From a virus (Duplodnaviria; Caudoviricetes): DNA of 64,000 nt. The stretch is from the IMG/VR virus record IMGVR_UViG_3300029286_001711; one strand, 5' to 3'. The notes under the pieces were generated by a model. That model saw only the letters and a list, made by a program, of their open reading frames with translations. It was not told the origin of the DNA and did not search any database. Every line of letters begins with the position of its first letter. The stretch's first letter is position 1. Of this stretch, positions 38,070-47,835 are shown one piece after another. Made by a program: the position numbers and the translations under genes.

Positions 38070-39886
38070 TAACTTTTAACCTTCACACGAATATCTGTTG
38101 CTGGTATTTTAATTTCAAACATAGTATCATATTCACCAAATAAAGCGAAATCACCTGTTAAATCTATTTGTTTAGTGATAGCGTCCAAATAAGGTTGTGA
38201 TGTTTTATTTAACGAATAATTTCCACCAACTTTATTATATATTTTAATATCAACCACGTTTAGTACTCCTGATACATTATTAATCGCCTCTATTAGTTGT
38301 GCTAAATAAATGTTTTGACCCATCTCCCATTTTTTAATATCAAAATAACTTGTCACCGCGTTAATAGTGTTATTAATAATTTCACCCTGATTATAGGCTT
38401 TATCAACAAATAAATCTATGTCAAAGGCTAAATCAATTATTCTACCGTCTCTAACCAAAACATAATCATTTATCATTCTATAATCAGATAACCAAGTTGC
38501 AATATTCTCTTTTAATGTATTGGTGGATGAATTATCTAACTTACCGTTAGAGTTTAAACCTAAAATAGAAAATTCTACTTTATTTTGTCTTTCACCCACA
38601 TTTAATCTAAATGGAACACCATACTTACCTGGCATTTTAAATACCTGTGCTAAATAATCCTTAATTGTTACTGCCCTATTTTGTGATGCAAAATTATACT
38701 TTGTCATCCACCTAATTTCATCAATAGTTGGTTCATCCCCCCCACCAAAAGCAGGAACAGGGTTATTAACTTTTAATGAAAGTTTAACCGTTTGATTGGT
38801 TGTTGAGTTAGGTCCGTTGATAAACATATCAACAAATCCTACACTGTTAATAGTATTACTACCTATATTTGCACTAGTCCCACCGCCAACACGATATCTA
38901 ACAAACATCGTACTATTAGGTCTAGGTATTTCACCTAAAGCTGTACTGTTAAAGAAATTAGCTATTTGTAAAACATACTGGTTACTAGTAAAATCCTGTA
39001 AACTTTGTTGATCTGAAAATCCAGATCCAAAGGTCATTTTACAAAAACCAGTATCTGTATATTCTTTAACAAGTTTTTTGGTGATAGAAATCCATTTACC
39101 AGGTTTAATACCCGTATTATCAGTACTTCTTGTTGGATCGTCAACAAACATTTTATCTTCAGCTAACGAATCCACTTCCCACCATCTTATGTTATTATCA
39201 AAAAAATCACCTATTGGTGGTGTTGAGGTAAAAGTGGTCCCTTCTTTAATTATAACCTGTTCTATTTCTACCACATTAGAATCTGGTAGTATAACCTCTA
39301 AAAAGGGTATAGCATCATTGGTTCCTATAATTTTTTTGAATATCTTTGTAATACCGTTACTCACAATCTCTCTTTTAACTAAAGTGTAGTTAATTATTTG
39401 GTTGTTGGCATTAATATTCGGTATTATTAATCTGTTTGGTATACCTCCGGCACTAAACGATGAAGAGAAATCAATATCATCTAACGTCTCAAATGTTTGA
39501 CCACCACCAGCAACTTGTGTACCAACTTTTATTATTGGAGCATATCTAATATCAAATGTATCACCAAATACTGGGACTGTTACTGAAAAATCGACCAAAG
39601 TCACAGATGACCTTTTGCCTGGGATATTTAAACCCAAAGTTCTAGCTATATTCATAACCGATCTTCTCTCTTGTGCAAAATCAATTTGTGTTTCGGTAAA
39701 CATCCTATCTGTATGGAAGGATAACATATCAGCAACCGCTGCGTTAAGGTCTAACAACATCATACCGACTGATGCGTCATTAAAATCTTGGAATAATTCG
39801 GGATAGAAATGTTTAACAAATGTTGTTAATTCACTTCTTACATCAGCAAAATTCCTAGCGAAATAATCTATTTTTTTCTCTGCCAT
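38069..39886 (-). CDS. Baseplate wedge subunit (T4 gp6 / baseplate J-like)
   Basis: IDYFARNFADVR...FNDASVGMMLLDL...LSFHTD...AQERRSV..IAR.LG; FGSG; YRVGGG..AN; GGGDE...QNRAVT..DY. Confidence 0.88.
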   Translation of the reverse strand: MAEKKIDYFARNFADVRSELTTFVKHFYPELFQDFNDASVGMMLLDLNAAVADMLSFHTDRMFTETQIDFAQERRSVMNIARTLGLNIPGKRSSVTLVDFSVTVPVFGDTFDIRYAPIIKVGTQVAGGGQTFETLDDIDFSSSFSAGGIPNRLIIPNINANNQIINYTLVKREIVSNGITKIFKKIIGTNDAIPFLEVILPDSNVVEIEQVIIKEGTTFTSTPPIGDFFDNNIRWWEVDSLAEDKMFVDDPTRSTDNTGIKPGKWISITKKLVKEYTDTGFCKMTFGSGFSDQQSLQDFTSNQYVLQIANFFNSTALGEIPRPNSTMFVRYRVGGGTSANIGSNTINSVGFVDMFINGPNSTTNQTVKLSLKVNNPVPAFGGGDEPTIDEIRWMTKYNFASQNRAVTIKDYLAQVFKMPGKYGVPFRLNVGERQNKVEFSILGLNSNGKLDNSSTNTLKENIATWLSDYRMINDYVLVRDGRIIDLAFDIDLFVDKAYNQGEIINNTINAVTSYFDIKKWEMGQNIYLAQLIEAINNVSGVLNVVDIKIYNKVGGNYSLNKTSQPYLDAITKQIDLTGDFALFGEYDTMFEIKIPATDIRVKVKS

Positions 39887-39890
39887 GGTT

Positions 39891-40277
39891 TTATAGTTCT
39901 AAAGTAACAAAATCAGTTTCTTGAAAAGTATTTGTTGTAACCGTATAACTTAATTTAACTACAACAGCATGATTATTACTTTCAGATGGTGTTGTAGTTA
40001 GTTCGGTTATTAGTAAATTTGGAATATACTTTTTAATAGCCTCATTTATTTCGTTTCTTATACCCGTATATGAGGGTTCATCGTTTTGTTCAAAAAGATA
40101 TTGTCTTAAATTAGCACCAAAATCTGGCATATATAATCTCTCTCCTCTGTTAGTTAATAATAAATGTACCAAATCAGCTTTTATAGCTTTTTTAGTATCG
40201 TTATTCATTTCTAAGAACTTACCGTCTGGATCATCCGTAAAAGGAAATTGAATGTTTATGAATCTTTGTTGTGCCAT
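39891..40277 (-). CDS. Baseplate gp25/GPW-like protein
   Basis: IKADLVHLLLTNRGERLYMPDFGANLRQYLFE motif, directly upstream of the gp6-like gene. Confidence 0.9.
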   Translation of the reverse strand: MAQQRFINIQFPFTDDPDGKFLEMNNDTKKAIKADLVHLLLTNRGERLYMPDFGANLRQYLFEQNDEPSYTGIRNEINEAIKKYIPNLLITELTTTPSESNNHAVVVKLSYTVTTNTFQETDFVTLEL

Positions 40278-40288
40278 TGTATTTTATC

Positions 40289-40298
40289 TATAAATATT
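40289..40298 (-). promoter_or_regulatory. Phage promoter-like motif AATATTTATA heading the baseplate operon
   Basis: 11 nt upstream of the gp25 ATG, downstream of the nrdJ terminator. Confidence 0.65.
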
Positions 40299-40353
40299 CG
40301 ATAAAGAAATTTACCATCAAAAAATAAAATCTAAAGTGTAAAGTTTACAGCAT

Positions 40354-40378
40354 AAAAAAACCCTCCGTTAGGAGGGTT
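40354..40378 (-). terminator. Rho-independent terminator after nrdJ
   Basis: Minus strand AACCCTCC-TAAC-GGAGGGTT running into a T7 tract. Confidence 0.85.
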
Positions 40379-40383
40379 CTTAA

Positions 40384-42921
40384 TTAACCACATTTAGAGT
40401 AACCACAATCCTTACATTTGTAACATCCTTCTTGCATTAACATGCCATCTGGAGAACCACAAGATTCACAAGAGTGTGATGAAAAATTTTCGTCTTTCAA
40501 ATATTTCTTAAGTGTTCTTGCTATAGCTTTAGAGAATGATACAATTGTACCTTCAGATTTCATTAATTGTTCATAAATGAAATTGATGTCAGCTCCGTGA
40601 CGTAATGACGTTGAAATCATACGTGTTAAAGCTTCTTGTTCGTCAGACTCAAATAACTCTTTTAAATCTTCAAGTGTAAAACCATCCAATTCTAAATCGT
40701 ATTTACCTTTTCTAATCTTAGATAGTTTACCGTGTTTAAACTTTTCAGAAAGATTAATGTTTTTCTTTTTGAAAGCAAAAATCTCATACGGGTCTTCACC
40801 TAATAAACCAACTAATACAATCCATTTATCACCAGAAACTGTTAAGTGATGGATATCACAACTTAAAGTTTTAGGTCTTTTTGGTGCCGTAGTTTTAGGT
40901 ACTTTAGTGTCGTCTGAAGATGTATTATCTGAAGATGATTTCTCAGAAAGAACAACGGTCATTGTACCAGCTCTATAAGTCGTACCACCCTTAACTACAC
41001 CTGTATTATATAAATCAGTGTAAAGTCTCTTAAAGTCTTCATAAGGATATTCATTTGGTAAGTTAACAGTCTTAGACATCGCTGAGTCAATATATTTTGC
41101 CATGATAGCCATTGTCTTAACGTGTTCATCAATTGTAAGTTCAGTTGTTGTAGCTGCCCAAGTTGCTTTAGAATCCCATTCATTCTTAGTTTCTAAGAAA
41201 CGAACAGCGTAATCTTTAACCCAAGATTCTCTTAATAAACCTCTTGATTTGTCTACTTTCCAAACATAACCACCAAAATCAGTTGTTAAAAGGTTTTCAT
41301 CACCTTCTTTAATCCACTTCCAAACTGTTGTAGAATCGTAGGTTTTGTTCCCCCAATCAATATTTTTTGGTTTATCTAAACCTTCAGGTGCGTAAGGCAT
41401 AATTGTTGTTCTAACGTACTGAGGCATAAATAACGGTTCTAAACCACCACTAACATTGTTAGCGAATACCGAAGAATTCCCTGTTGGTTGAATTGACAAT
41501 AAGTGTGAGTTACGTATACCGTATCTTTTAATCATTGTAATTGTTTCTTCAGAAAGAGAATCTTTAATGAATTTAGAATTCAAATATTTCTCTTCATCGT
41601 ACAATGGAAAGGCACCTTTTTCAGATGCAATGATTGCTGACGATTGATAAGCCTTATTTGCTAAGAAATCCATTAATTTGTCGGTTAAATTAAGAGCTTC
41701 ATCAGAACCATAACGTACTTTTAACATCATAAGTGCTGAACCATACCCTAAGAAACCTAAACCAATTCTTCTTTTATTCTTTAAACCTTCTCTTTGTGTT
41801 GGTAATGGAACATAAGTTTTATCATTTACGTTATCCATTAAACGAATTGCGATTGGTATTAACTTACCTAATTTATCGTAATCCCAGTCTTTATTACTGA
41901 AATCAACAAACTGTGTTAGGTTAATCGAACCCAATAAACAAACACCACCAATAGGTAAAATTTGTTCACCACAAGGATTAGTTGCGTTAATATATTCACA
42001 GTAATAGAGGTTATTCAACTTATTCATTGTGTCAGAAAACAAAACTCCTGGTTCGTTTCTGTTATAAGTTGAGGTCATAATAATATCCCAAAGTTGGTTT
42101 GCGTTCTCATATGTTTTATACACTACTGTACCATAACCAAGTGCTTTCCACTTTTTCATATTACCATCCCAATCCTTTTTATATTCATTAGAATGTTTTT
42201 CGTAATCAGGAAATTCTAAACTCCATGGTTGGTTGTTTTTAACTGCTTCCATAAAATCATCAGTAATTAAAACTGACATATTGAATTTAGTTAAACGACC
42301 TGGTGTTTGTTTTGCCATGATGTATTCTTCAACATCAGGATGCCAAACAGACATCGTCACCATTTGTGCACCTTTACGAATTTTAACTTTAGCTTTTTTC
42401 TTTTTGGTTTTGTTACCACTACCCTCTGTAATTACTGCTGATTGTGTATCCCACATATCTAACATTCTTACAGAACCTGGTGATTCATTACCGATACCAC
42501 CAATGAAAGAACCTCTCGGTCTCATTACATCAGCACAAAATCCGTAACCACCTTCTGATTTAAGAATCAGGGCCTGTCTTCTAAGAGCGTCAAGAATTCC
42601 TTCCATAGAGTCTTGGTCTTCACCCATGAAACCATCTACAAAGCAATTGATATAGGTTGTACCTTTCAATCCAGTACCAGCGTTAGATGTGATTCTACCA
42701 CCAGGTACAAATTTAAAGTTTTCAAGAGCCCATAAAAATTCTTGTGTCCAATGTTCAGGATCTTTTTCGATAGACGCTAAATCCTTAGCCACACGAAGTT
42801 GTGTTTTGTTAATATCTTCATCACCATATTTGTAGGTTTGCTCGTAAATCTCTTTACTAAAGTCGTCAACAAATTCCGTATTTATCTTGTAATTTACGTC
42901 CATAATTTGATTATTGTCCAT
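40384..42921 (-). CDS. nrdJ: Class II (adenosylcobalamin-dependent) ribonucleotide reductase with fused C-terminal NrdJb-like/Zn-ribbon domain
   Basis: FVPGGRI, INCF, ATNPCGEQ (thiyl Cys), CLLGSINL, SIQPTG, SKTVNLP; C-terminal CESC...CKDC. No beta-subunit gene adjacent. Confidence 0.9.
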   Translation of the reverse strand: MDNNQIMDVNYKINTEFVDDFSKEIYEQTYKYGDEDINKTQLRVAKDLASIEKDPEHWTQEFLWALENFKFVPGGRITSNAGTGLKGTTYINCFVDGFMGEDQDSMEGILDALRRQALILKSEGGYGFCADVMRPRGSFIGGIGNESPGSVRMLDMWDTQSAVITEGSGNKTKKKKAKVKIRKGAQMVTMSVWHPDVEEYIMAKQTPGRLTKFNMSVLITDDFMEAVKNNQPWSLEFPDYEKHSNEYKKDWDGNMKKWKALGYGTVVYKTYENANQLWDIIMTSTYNRNEPGVLFSDTMNKLNNLYYCEYINATNPCGEQILPIGGVCLLGSINLTQFVDFSNKDWDYDKLGKLIPIAIRLMDNVNDKTYVPLPTQREGLKNKRRIGLGFLGYGSALMMLKVRYGSDEALNLTDKLMDFLANKAYQSSAIIASEKGAFPLYDEEKYLNSKFIKDSLSEETITMIKRYGIRNSHLLSIQPTGNSSVFANNVSGGLEPLFMPQYVRTTIMPYAPEGLDKPKNIDWGNKTYDSTTVWKWIKEGDENLLTTDFGGYVWKVDKSRGLLRESWVKDYAVRFLETKNEWDSKATWAATTTELTIDEHVKTMAIMAKYIDSAMSKTVNLPNEYPYEDFKRLYTDLYNTGVVKGGTTYRAGTMTVVLSEKSSSDNTSSDDTKVPKTTAPKRPKTLSCDIHHLTVSGDKWIVLVGLLGEDPYEIFAFKKKNINLSEKFKHGKLSKIRKGKYDLELDGFTLEDLKELFESDEQEALTRMISTSLRHGADINFIYEQLMKSEGTIVSFSKAIARTLKKYLKDENFSSHSCESCGSPDGMLMQEGCYKCKDCGYSKCG

Positions 42922-42942
42922 TTTTTAAAATTTTTTAAATAA

Positions 42943-42974
42943 ATTATCCCCATAATTTTCATTACAGGGATAAT
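42943..42974 (-). other. 14-bp RNA hairpin with GAAA tetraloop between dnaB and nrdJ
   Basis: ATTATCCCTGTAAT-GAAA-ATTATGGGGATAAT; fully paired on the minus strand with tandem G.U. Confidence 0.65.
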
Positions 42975-42976
42975 GA

Positions 42977-44401
42977 TTAATTCTTTTCTTCTACTTTGTT
43001 TTTTTGTAAATCTTTTGCTCTTTGTATTCTAGAACGAGTTGCTGATTCTTTCTTGTCTTCTTGGCCTTTTTCATAACCTAAGAATGTTTGAGAAGTTTCA
43101 GTATCGATATAGACTTTACCGTTGTCAAACGTACAGTCTTCAAATACCACACCATCACGTCCGAAACGTGACTTTAAAACAGCTATTGTTGCTCTTCCAG
43201 ACTCTTTTTGAGGGAGTGTTCTAGCAACTGACATAATAAAATGTCCTATCTGGGCTTTCTTAATTGAACCACCCATTTGGTCTCCAGTTACAACATCTGA
43301 ACTAATTGAACTTCTGTTTCCTTGAACGGCAGTCCATCCGACTAATCCGAATTCACTTAACATAGATTCAAAAGCTCTCATAACTCCACCCTCACCAGAC
43401 CATTCATCACTATATTGCTTTACAGATTCAACACAATCAATATAATCTAAAAGGACTATATCTGGTTTAAATCCAGTTGAGATTTCATGTCTAATGAATG
43501 ATTTAATTGTGTGCATTGTTACACCTTCAGATGTAAACTTCTTGATTTTAAGGTCATTAGTTTTGTTTGAAGTAACTTCCTTATGTTTAGCTAAAACTTC
43601 TATTTTTCTTTCAGCTAAATCATTTAAATCAATTCCTGACCAACAAGCTAAATGTTTTCTTTTAATAACATCCGGCATATCTTCAAAAACAATTTGTAAA
43701 ACATTATACCCCGCATTATAAGCTGTATTAGCCATTTTGGTTAATATTGTTGTTTTACCAACTCCATACGGAGCTAACACAACACCAAGTTCACCTCTTG
43801 ATAGACCACCATCGGTTAATTGATCGATACCATTTATTCCCGTAGGAATTGGGTGTCTAAAATCTTTCTCTAATACTGCTTCAATATTTTCGGTAATAGA
43901 AGTTCCATCATCTTTCTCACCACCAACAGCGAGAGCTTCTCTTAGAATTTCAGCACAAGTTTCGTAACTATCAAACTCACCATTGTCAACAATCTTATTG
44001 ATTTTTTCATTGGCTTTTTTAAGTTCTTGTTGTCTACAAAAATTTAGTGCTTTACTCTGAATAAACTCCCAATCAGTTACATTTATATCATGAATTTCTT
44101 TCAACATTTCGAAAACGTAATCCTGAGATACTTTATCCTTAATCTCCATTTTTAAAACGGTTTCTAAGGTATCCATTGCTGGAATCTTTTCATACTTTTC
44201 GTAATAATCTTTGATTTGGGCTACAATGAGACGGAAATATTCATTATCAAAGTACTTTGCGTGTACTATATCTATAATTCTATCCGCGAATTTTTTGTTT
44301 GCTGGATGTAAAATTTGGTTAATTAGTTCGGTTTGAAACTTATAACCTAAATAACCTAGTGTAACATTTTTGCTCATTGTTTTCTTACCTTGTGTATTCA
44401 T
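42977..44401 (-). CDS. dnaB: Replicative DnaB/gp41-like helicase
   Basis: PTGINGID...GGLSRGELGVVLAPYGVGKT (Walker A), LLDYID (Walker B), TAVQGNR, KSRFG. Likely start at MSKNVTLG. Confidence 0.92.
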   Translation of the reverse strand: MNTQGKKTMSKNVTLGYLGYKFQTELINQILHPANKKFADRIIDIVHAKYFDNEYFRLIVAQIKDYYEKYEKIPAMDTLETVLKMEIKDKVSQDYVFEMLKEIHDINVTDWEFIQSKALNFCRQQELKKANEKINKIVDNGEFDSYETCAEILREALAVGGEKDDGTSITENIEAVLEKDFRHPIPTGINGIDQLTDGGLSRGELGVVLAPYGVGKTTILTKMANTAYNAGYNVLQIVFEDMPDVIKRKHLACWSGIDLNDLAERKIEVLAKHKEVTSNKTNDLKIKKFTSEGVTMHTIKSFIRHEISTGFKPDIVLLDYIDCVESVKQYSDEWSGEGGVMRAFESMLSEFGLVGWTAVQGNRSSISSDVVTGDQMGGSIKKAQIGHFIMSVARTLPQKESGRATIAVLKSRFGRDGVVFEDCTFDNGKVYIDTETSQTFLGYEKGQEDKKESATRSRIQRAKDLQKNKVEEKN

Positions 44402-44410
44402 AAATAGCTA

Positions 44411-44848
44411 TTACGATTTTGTTGTACCGTATTCCACAGATAAATTTTCTTCAGATAAAGTCTCTTGGATTCGGTAGATAATACTAGGTATTAACTCACG
44501 GATGTCAACACTATATCTAACTCTCTGCGGGTATACATTACCAGTGAAACGTTTTGTTGCTATTACTCTTTCGTCGATTCGAATTTCAAAATCAAAGATG
44601 TCTTCCTTATCATAGATAGGGGTTCTATTGATTTGTTCTTCCGTTTGTTTGTCATACGGATTAAACTGACCCCATAAATAATCAACAGCTTTGTCTTTCA
44701 ACTGCTCTTGAATCATATAGGTACATTGCTCAACACACTCTAACATATCGTAAGAGTTAGGGGACTTAGTGTTAAAATTTCTTACTGAGAAATATCTTTG
44801 GCAAATTATATTACCGTTAATTCTTAGTATAAACTCAAATTTCTTCAT
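44411..44848 (-). CDS. Hypothetical protein
   Basis: 145 aa ORF upstream of the helicase. Confidence 0.75.
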   Translation of the reverse strand: MKKFEFILRINGNIICQRYFSVRNFNTKSPNSYDMLECVEQCTYMIQEQLKDKAVDYLWGQFNPYDKQTEEQINRTPIYDKEDIFDFEIRIDERVIATKRFTGNVYPQRVRYSVDIRELIPSIIYRIQETLSEENLSVEYGTTKS

Positions 44849-44865
44849 GGTTTTTAATTTTTAAA

Positions 44866-45179
44866 TTAATATTTGTTTCGTTTAATATCCCTATTAGTTT
44901 TACTACAAAGGGGTTGTAGGTTTGTGTGGTGAAATAATTTCAATAATTCTTCTTCAGTATTTGCGGAAGATAATGGTACCATATGATCTATATCCCAACC
45001 GTAATTTAATTCACCGTTATATAAACCATAATTTTCCCAACTCATCCAAGGTTCCCATTTAGATTCGATATATATTTTCTAATTACTATCAATTCTTTAA
45101 CAATATCCTTGTACACTTTTTTGAAGTGTAAAACGTTTTTAGGTGTTGAATGTTCTTTATTTGGTACATTTTCATTCAT
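44866..45179 (-). pseudogene. Frameshifted/truncated HNH endonuclease remnant
   Basis: Frame open 45078-44866 reads KIYIESKWEPWMSWENYG...GWDIDHMVPLSSA...HHTNLQPLCSKTNRDIK*. In-frame stops lie upstream, and a TA run marks the frame break. Confidence 0.7.
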
Positions 45180-45227
45180 AACTTATTGATTATTAATTAG
45201 GAGTACTTAGCAAGTAGTTAGGTGCAA

Positions 45228-45431
45228 TTAATCCAAATAGCACTTAATATCTGTAAATCTATATTTGTTTCCTATTACAAACTTACCATCTTTGAATACT
45301 GTATAGGTTTGGTCATTAGCATTGAAGTAAACATTAAACCCTTTGTTGCTCCCAATTAATTTAAGGTTATTAACTGCACCTAACAGCACATTGGCGTTAT
45401 TGTTTTGTTCTTCGTTTGATACTTTTGTCAT
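45228..45431 (-). CDS. Hypothetical protein
   Basis: 67 aa ORF. Confidence 0.6.
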   Translation of the reverse strand: MTKVSNEEQNNNANVLLGAVNNLKLIGSNKGFNVYFNANDQTYTVFKDGKFVIGNKYRFTDIKCYLD

Positions 45432-45484
45432 AATTTTAAAGTTTATCGTTTCTAATTAAATTCTGTGAAAGAATTCAAATTTTT

Positions 45485-46531
45485 TCATACTTTAGAATTT
45501 TTATAGTTTGTTTTTTCTTTTTTACTTAATTTAATAAATGGATCTAAAAAATTTACATATCCATTCTCCCCACCAGGGATTGCGTACATAACGCCATCTT
45601 CAAACATCATTTTTAAAACCGTTTTATAATCACGACCTTCAGGATTCAAGGGTAGTGTTATTAACCCCAAGACACCTTCTTTGGCTTCTTCAGTTAAAAG
45701 TGGTTGGTGTAAATCTATGATAATTTTATTAATATCATACACACCACCCTTGTGACATCCTTTAGTTTTACCTTCCAAAATAGAATCAAAAACTTTTAAT
45801 TTTTTTGATTCCTTAAGAACTTTAGTTTTCTCTAAAATTTCTTCTAGAGTTACTTTTCTTTCTTTTATTTCGGGAAAATGGGTTAATAGAGTATTCTCCG
45901 TAACACCATCAATTCCTTTAATATTATCCGTACTACATCCTTCTATAATTTTAACAATCCCGGCGTTATCATAATAGTGTTCGAAGTACCAATTATAGTT
46001 CCCAATACCTACCAATACTTTCTTATCAGCTAAGAAGATACTTACTTCATCAGTAATCATTTGACAAAGGTCTCTATCATTTGTATAAATGATGACCTCT
46101 TCAGTCTTCTTTTTATTAAGACAATAGTAGGCTAGTAAATCATCTGATTCACATTCTGGATCTTCAAATTGTCTTAGGAATAGGTCTTCAGCGTATGCTT
46201 TAACCCTTAATTTTTGGAATTCGTAATTTTGATCGAAAAATCTTGCTCTGTTACCTTTATATTCTGGGTAATAGGTAATCCTCAATGAACCACCCCTTTC
46301 ACCATCCCACATTATAATAACCTTATCAACTGATAATTCAATGATAAGTTTTCTAAGTGTTGTGTAAAACTGGAATATTCCACCAATGTGAACTTCTTTA
46401 TGGAAAACGTGCTTAGCTCCGTTAAATGAACGTTTCATCAGTACGTTTCCATCAATAAGAAGTGTTTTGGTCTTTTCTTTTTTCTTAGTTACTTTGAGTC
46501 CCATCACCCATGAAATTAAAGGGTTTAACAA
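45485..46531 (-). CDS. 5'-3' exonuclease / RNase H (PolI-N/FEN, T4 rnh-like)
   Basis: LLIDGN, IMWDG, YPEYKGNR, ESDDL, TNDRDL, GCSTDNIKGIDGV (H3TH). True start probably a few codons downstream of the TTG. Confidence 0.9.
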   Translation of the reverse strand: MLNPLISWVMGLKVTKKKEKTKTLLIDGNVLMKRSFNGAKHVFHKEVHIGGIFQFYTTLRKLIIELSVDKVIIMWDGERGGSLRITYYPEYKGNRARFFDQNYEFQKLRVKAYAEDLFLRQFEDPECESDDLLAYYCLNKKKTEEVIIYTNDRDLCQMITDEVSIFLADKKVLVGIGNYNWYFEHYYDNAGIVKIIEGCSTDNIKGIDGVTENTLLTHFPEIKERKVTLEEILEKTKVLKESKKLKVFDSILEGKTKGCHKGGVYDINKIIIDLHQPLLTEEAKEGVLGLITLPLNPEGRDYKTVLKMMFEDGVMYAIPGGENGYVNFLDPFIKLSKKEKTNYKNSKV

Positions 46532-46730
46532 TTTCTTTTCTTTCTTCTTGAAGTTCTTGTACTAAAACACCTAGGTCAACTAAAAAATTTTTATAGTCAT
46601 CACTTATACCATGACCTCTTAGGAATGATTCCACCCCATTTTGTATGGTATAATAACAACTTAACTAATCTCCATTATTATTTAGAGAGTCAAGATTTAA
46701 TTCTCTTAGTTTTTCATAGTTGATTTTCAT
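46485..46730 (-). pseudogene. 81-codon reading frame interrupted by a single TAG
   Basis: MKINYEKLRELNLDSLNNNGD*LSCYYTIQNGVESFLRGHGISDDYKNFLVDLGVLVQELQEERKEIVKPFNFMGDGTQSN; TAG at 46667-46665. Confidence 0.5.
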
Positions 46731-46731
46731 A

Positions 46732-47826
46732 TTACTCAAGTCCTTCTAGTTCTATATCTGTTTGAGATTCTTCTAACTGGAAATCTTCTCCTTCTTTGAT
46801 GTCTAAACCGTTCTTAATGAATGTGTCAGCCCAAAAACTAGAATATTCTAATTTATATTTATCTTCAGCTTCTTTTGTATCTTCAATGAAACCATGTGGT
46901 GTTACGATAACCTTACCATCTTCATACCCAATACCATTTACGTGGTTTTTAAGAATAGAGATTTTAGTACGAGAAGCGAATTTAATCTTTCTTCCGTTTT
47001 TAGTTGCCATAATTTTATTTGTACCAGCTCCTTTTTGATTACCAAATAAGAAAATTAAAGTACTGTTGAGGTATATTGCCTCTCCACCTTTCATCTTAAT
47101 TTTTGGTTGTCCCATTGGAGAATCTGGTAACTCAACCCATGGTTGATTTACGAAGACAATTGTGTTTGTGTATTTGTTTGGTTTACCATCAGCTAAAGTT
47201 TCCTTTCTTGATGATGTGATTCTACCATTTAATCCCATACCGATTTTATCAGCTAATACAGACGCGTTATGCATCTTACCACCTTTACCGTCGAATGTCA
47301 TTTTACAAGGTATTGAACCTACAGAATCCCAAAAGAAACAAATGTCATATGGAATTTCACCTTTTGCTTGTGCATCCAATACTTCATTGATATATTCGGT
47401 AATCTGTTCGATATAATCAAAATCATCACGGAATAAATAGAAACCATCCCATTCAGCTGGAGTTTTTTCCATTGTATCTAAACCCATTAGTTTAGCGTGT
47501 GGAAAACTCCATTTCTTCTCGGTAATAACAAACACAGGTAGTATACCGTTTTGTTGACACCAAATAGCACTTTTTAGTAATGCTGTTGTTTTACCTGTAT
47601 CAGAGTGACCCAAGAAAACATTTAAATGTCCGAGAGCTGGTCCAGGAACGCCTGTGGCTTTTTGGAAAGCTTCCCCTAAATCAATAAATCTATCGGCTTT
47701 ATATTTAGTTTTCGTACTAAACTTATCCTTTAGAGAATCGAGTGAGAAATCTTTTTTACCTATCGCCTTTTTTGGTTGTGTACTTATCTTAAGTTCACCA
47801 ATCGCTTTTTCTAATTTTCCTGACAT
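46732..47826 (-). CDS. recA: RecA/UvsX recombinase
   Basis: Walker A GHSDTGKTT, Walker B FFWDSVG, VFVNQ, GGEA. Confidence 0.9.
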   Translation of the reverse strand: MSGKLEKAIGELKISTQPKKAIGKKDFSLDSLKDKFSTKTKYKADRFIDLGEAFQKATGVPGPALGHLNVFLGHSDTGKTTALLKSAIWCQQNGILPVFVITEKKWSFPHAKLMGLDTMEKTPAEWDGFYLFRDDFDYIEQITEYINEVLDAQAKGEIPYDICFFWDSVGSIPCKMTFDGKGGKMHNASVLADKIGMGLNGRITSSRKETLADGKPNKYTNTIVFVNQPWVELPDSPMGQPKIKMKGGEAIYLNSTLIFLFGNQKGAGTNKIMATKNGRKIKFASRTKISILKNHVNGIGYEDGKVIVTPHGFIEDTKEAEDKYKLEYSSFWADTFIKNGLDIKEGEDFQLEESQTDIELEGLE

Positions 47827-47835
47827 ATGTTAATA

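Noticed and set aside
42922-42976. Cobalamin riboswitch or NrdR box upstream of nrdJ
   Set aside because: The 55-nt gap is far too short for the riboswitch, and no NrdR-box consensus is visible.
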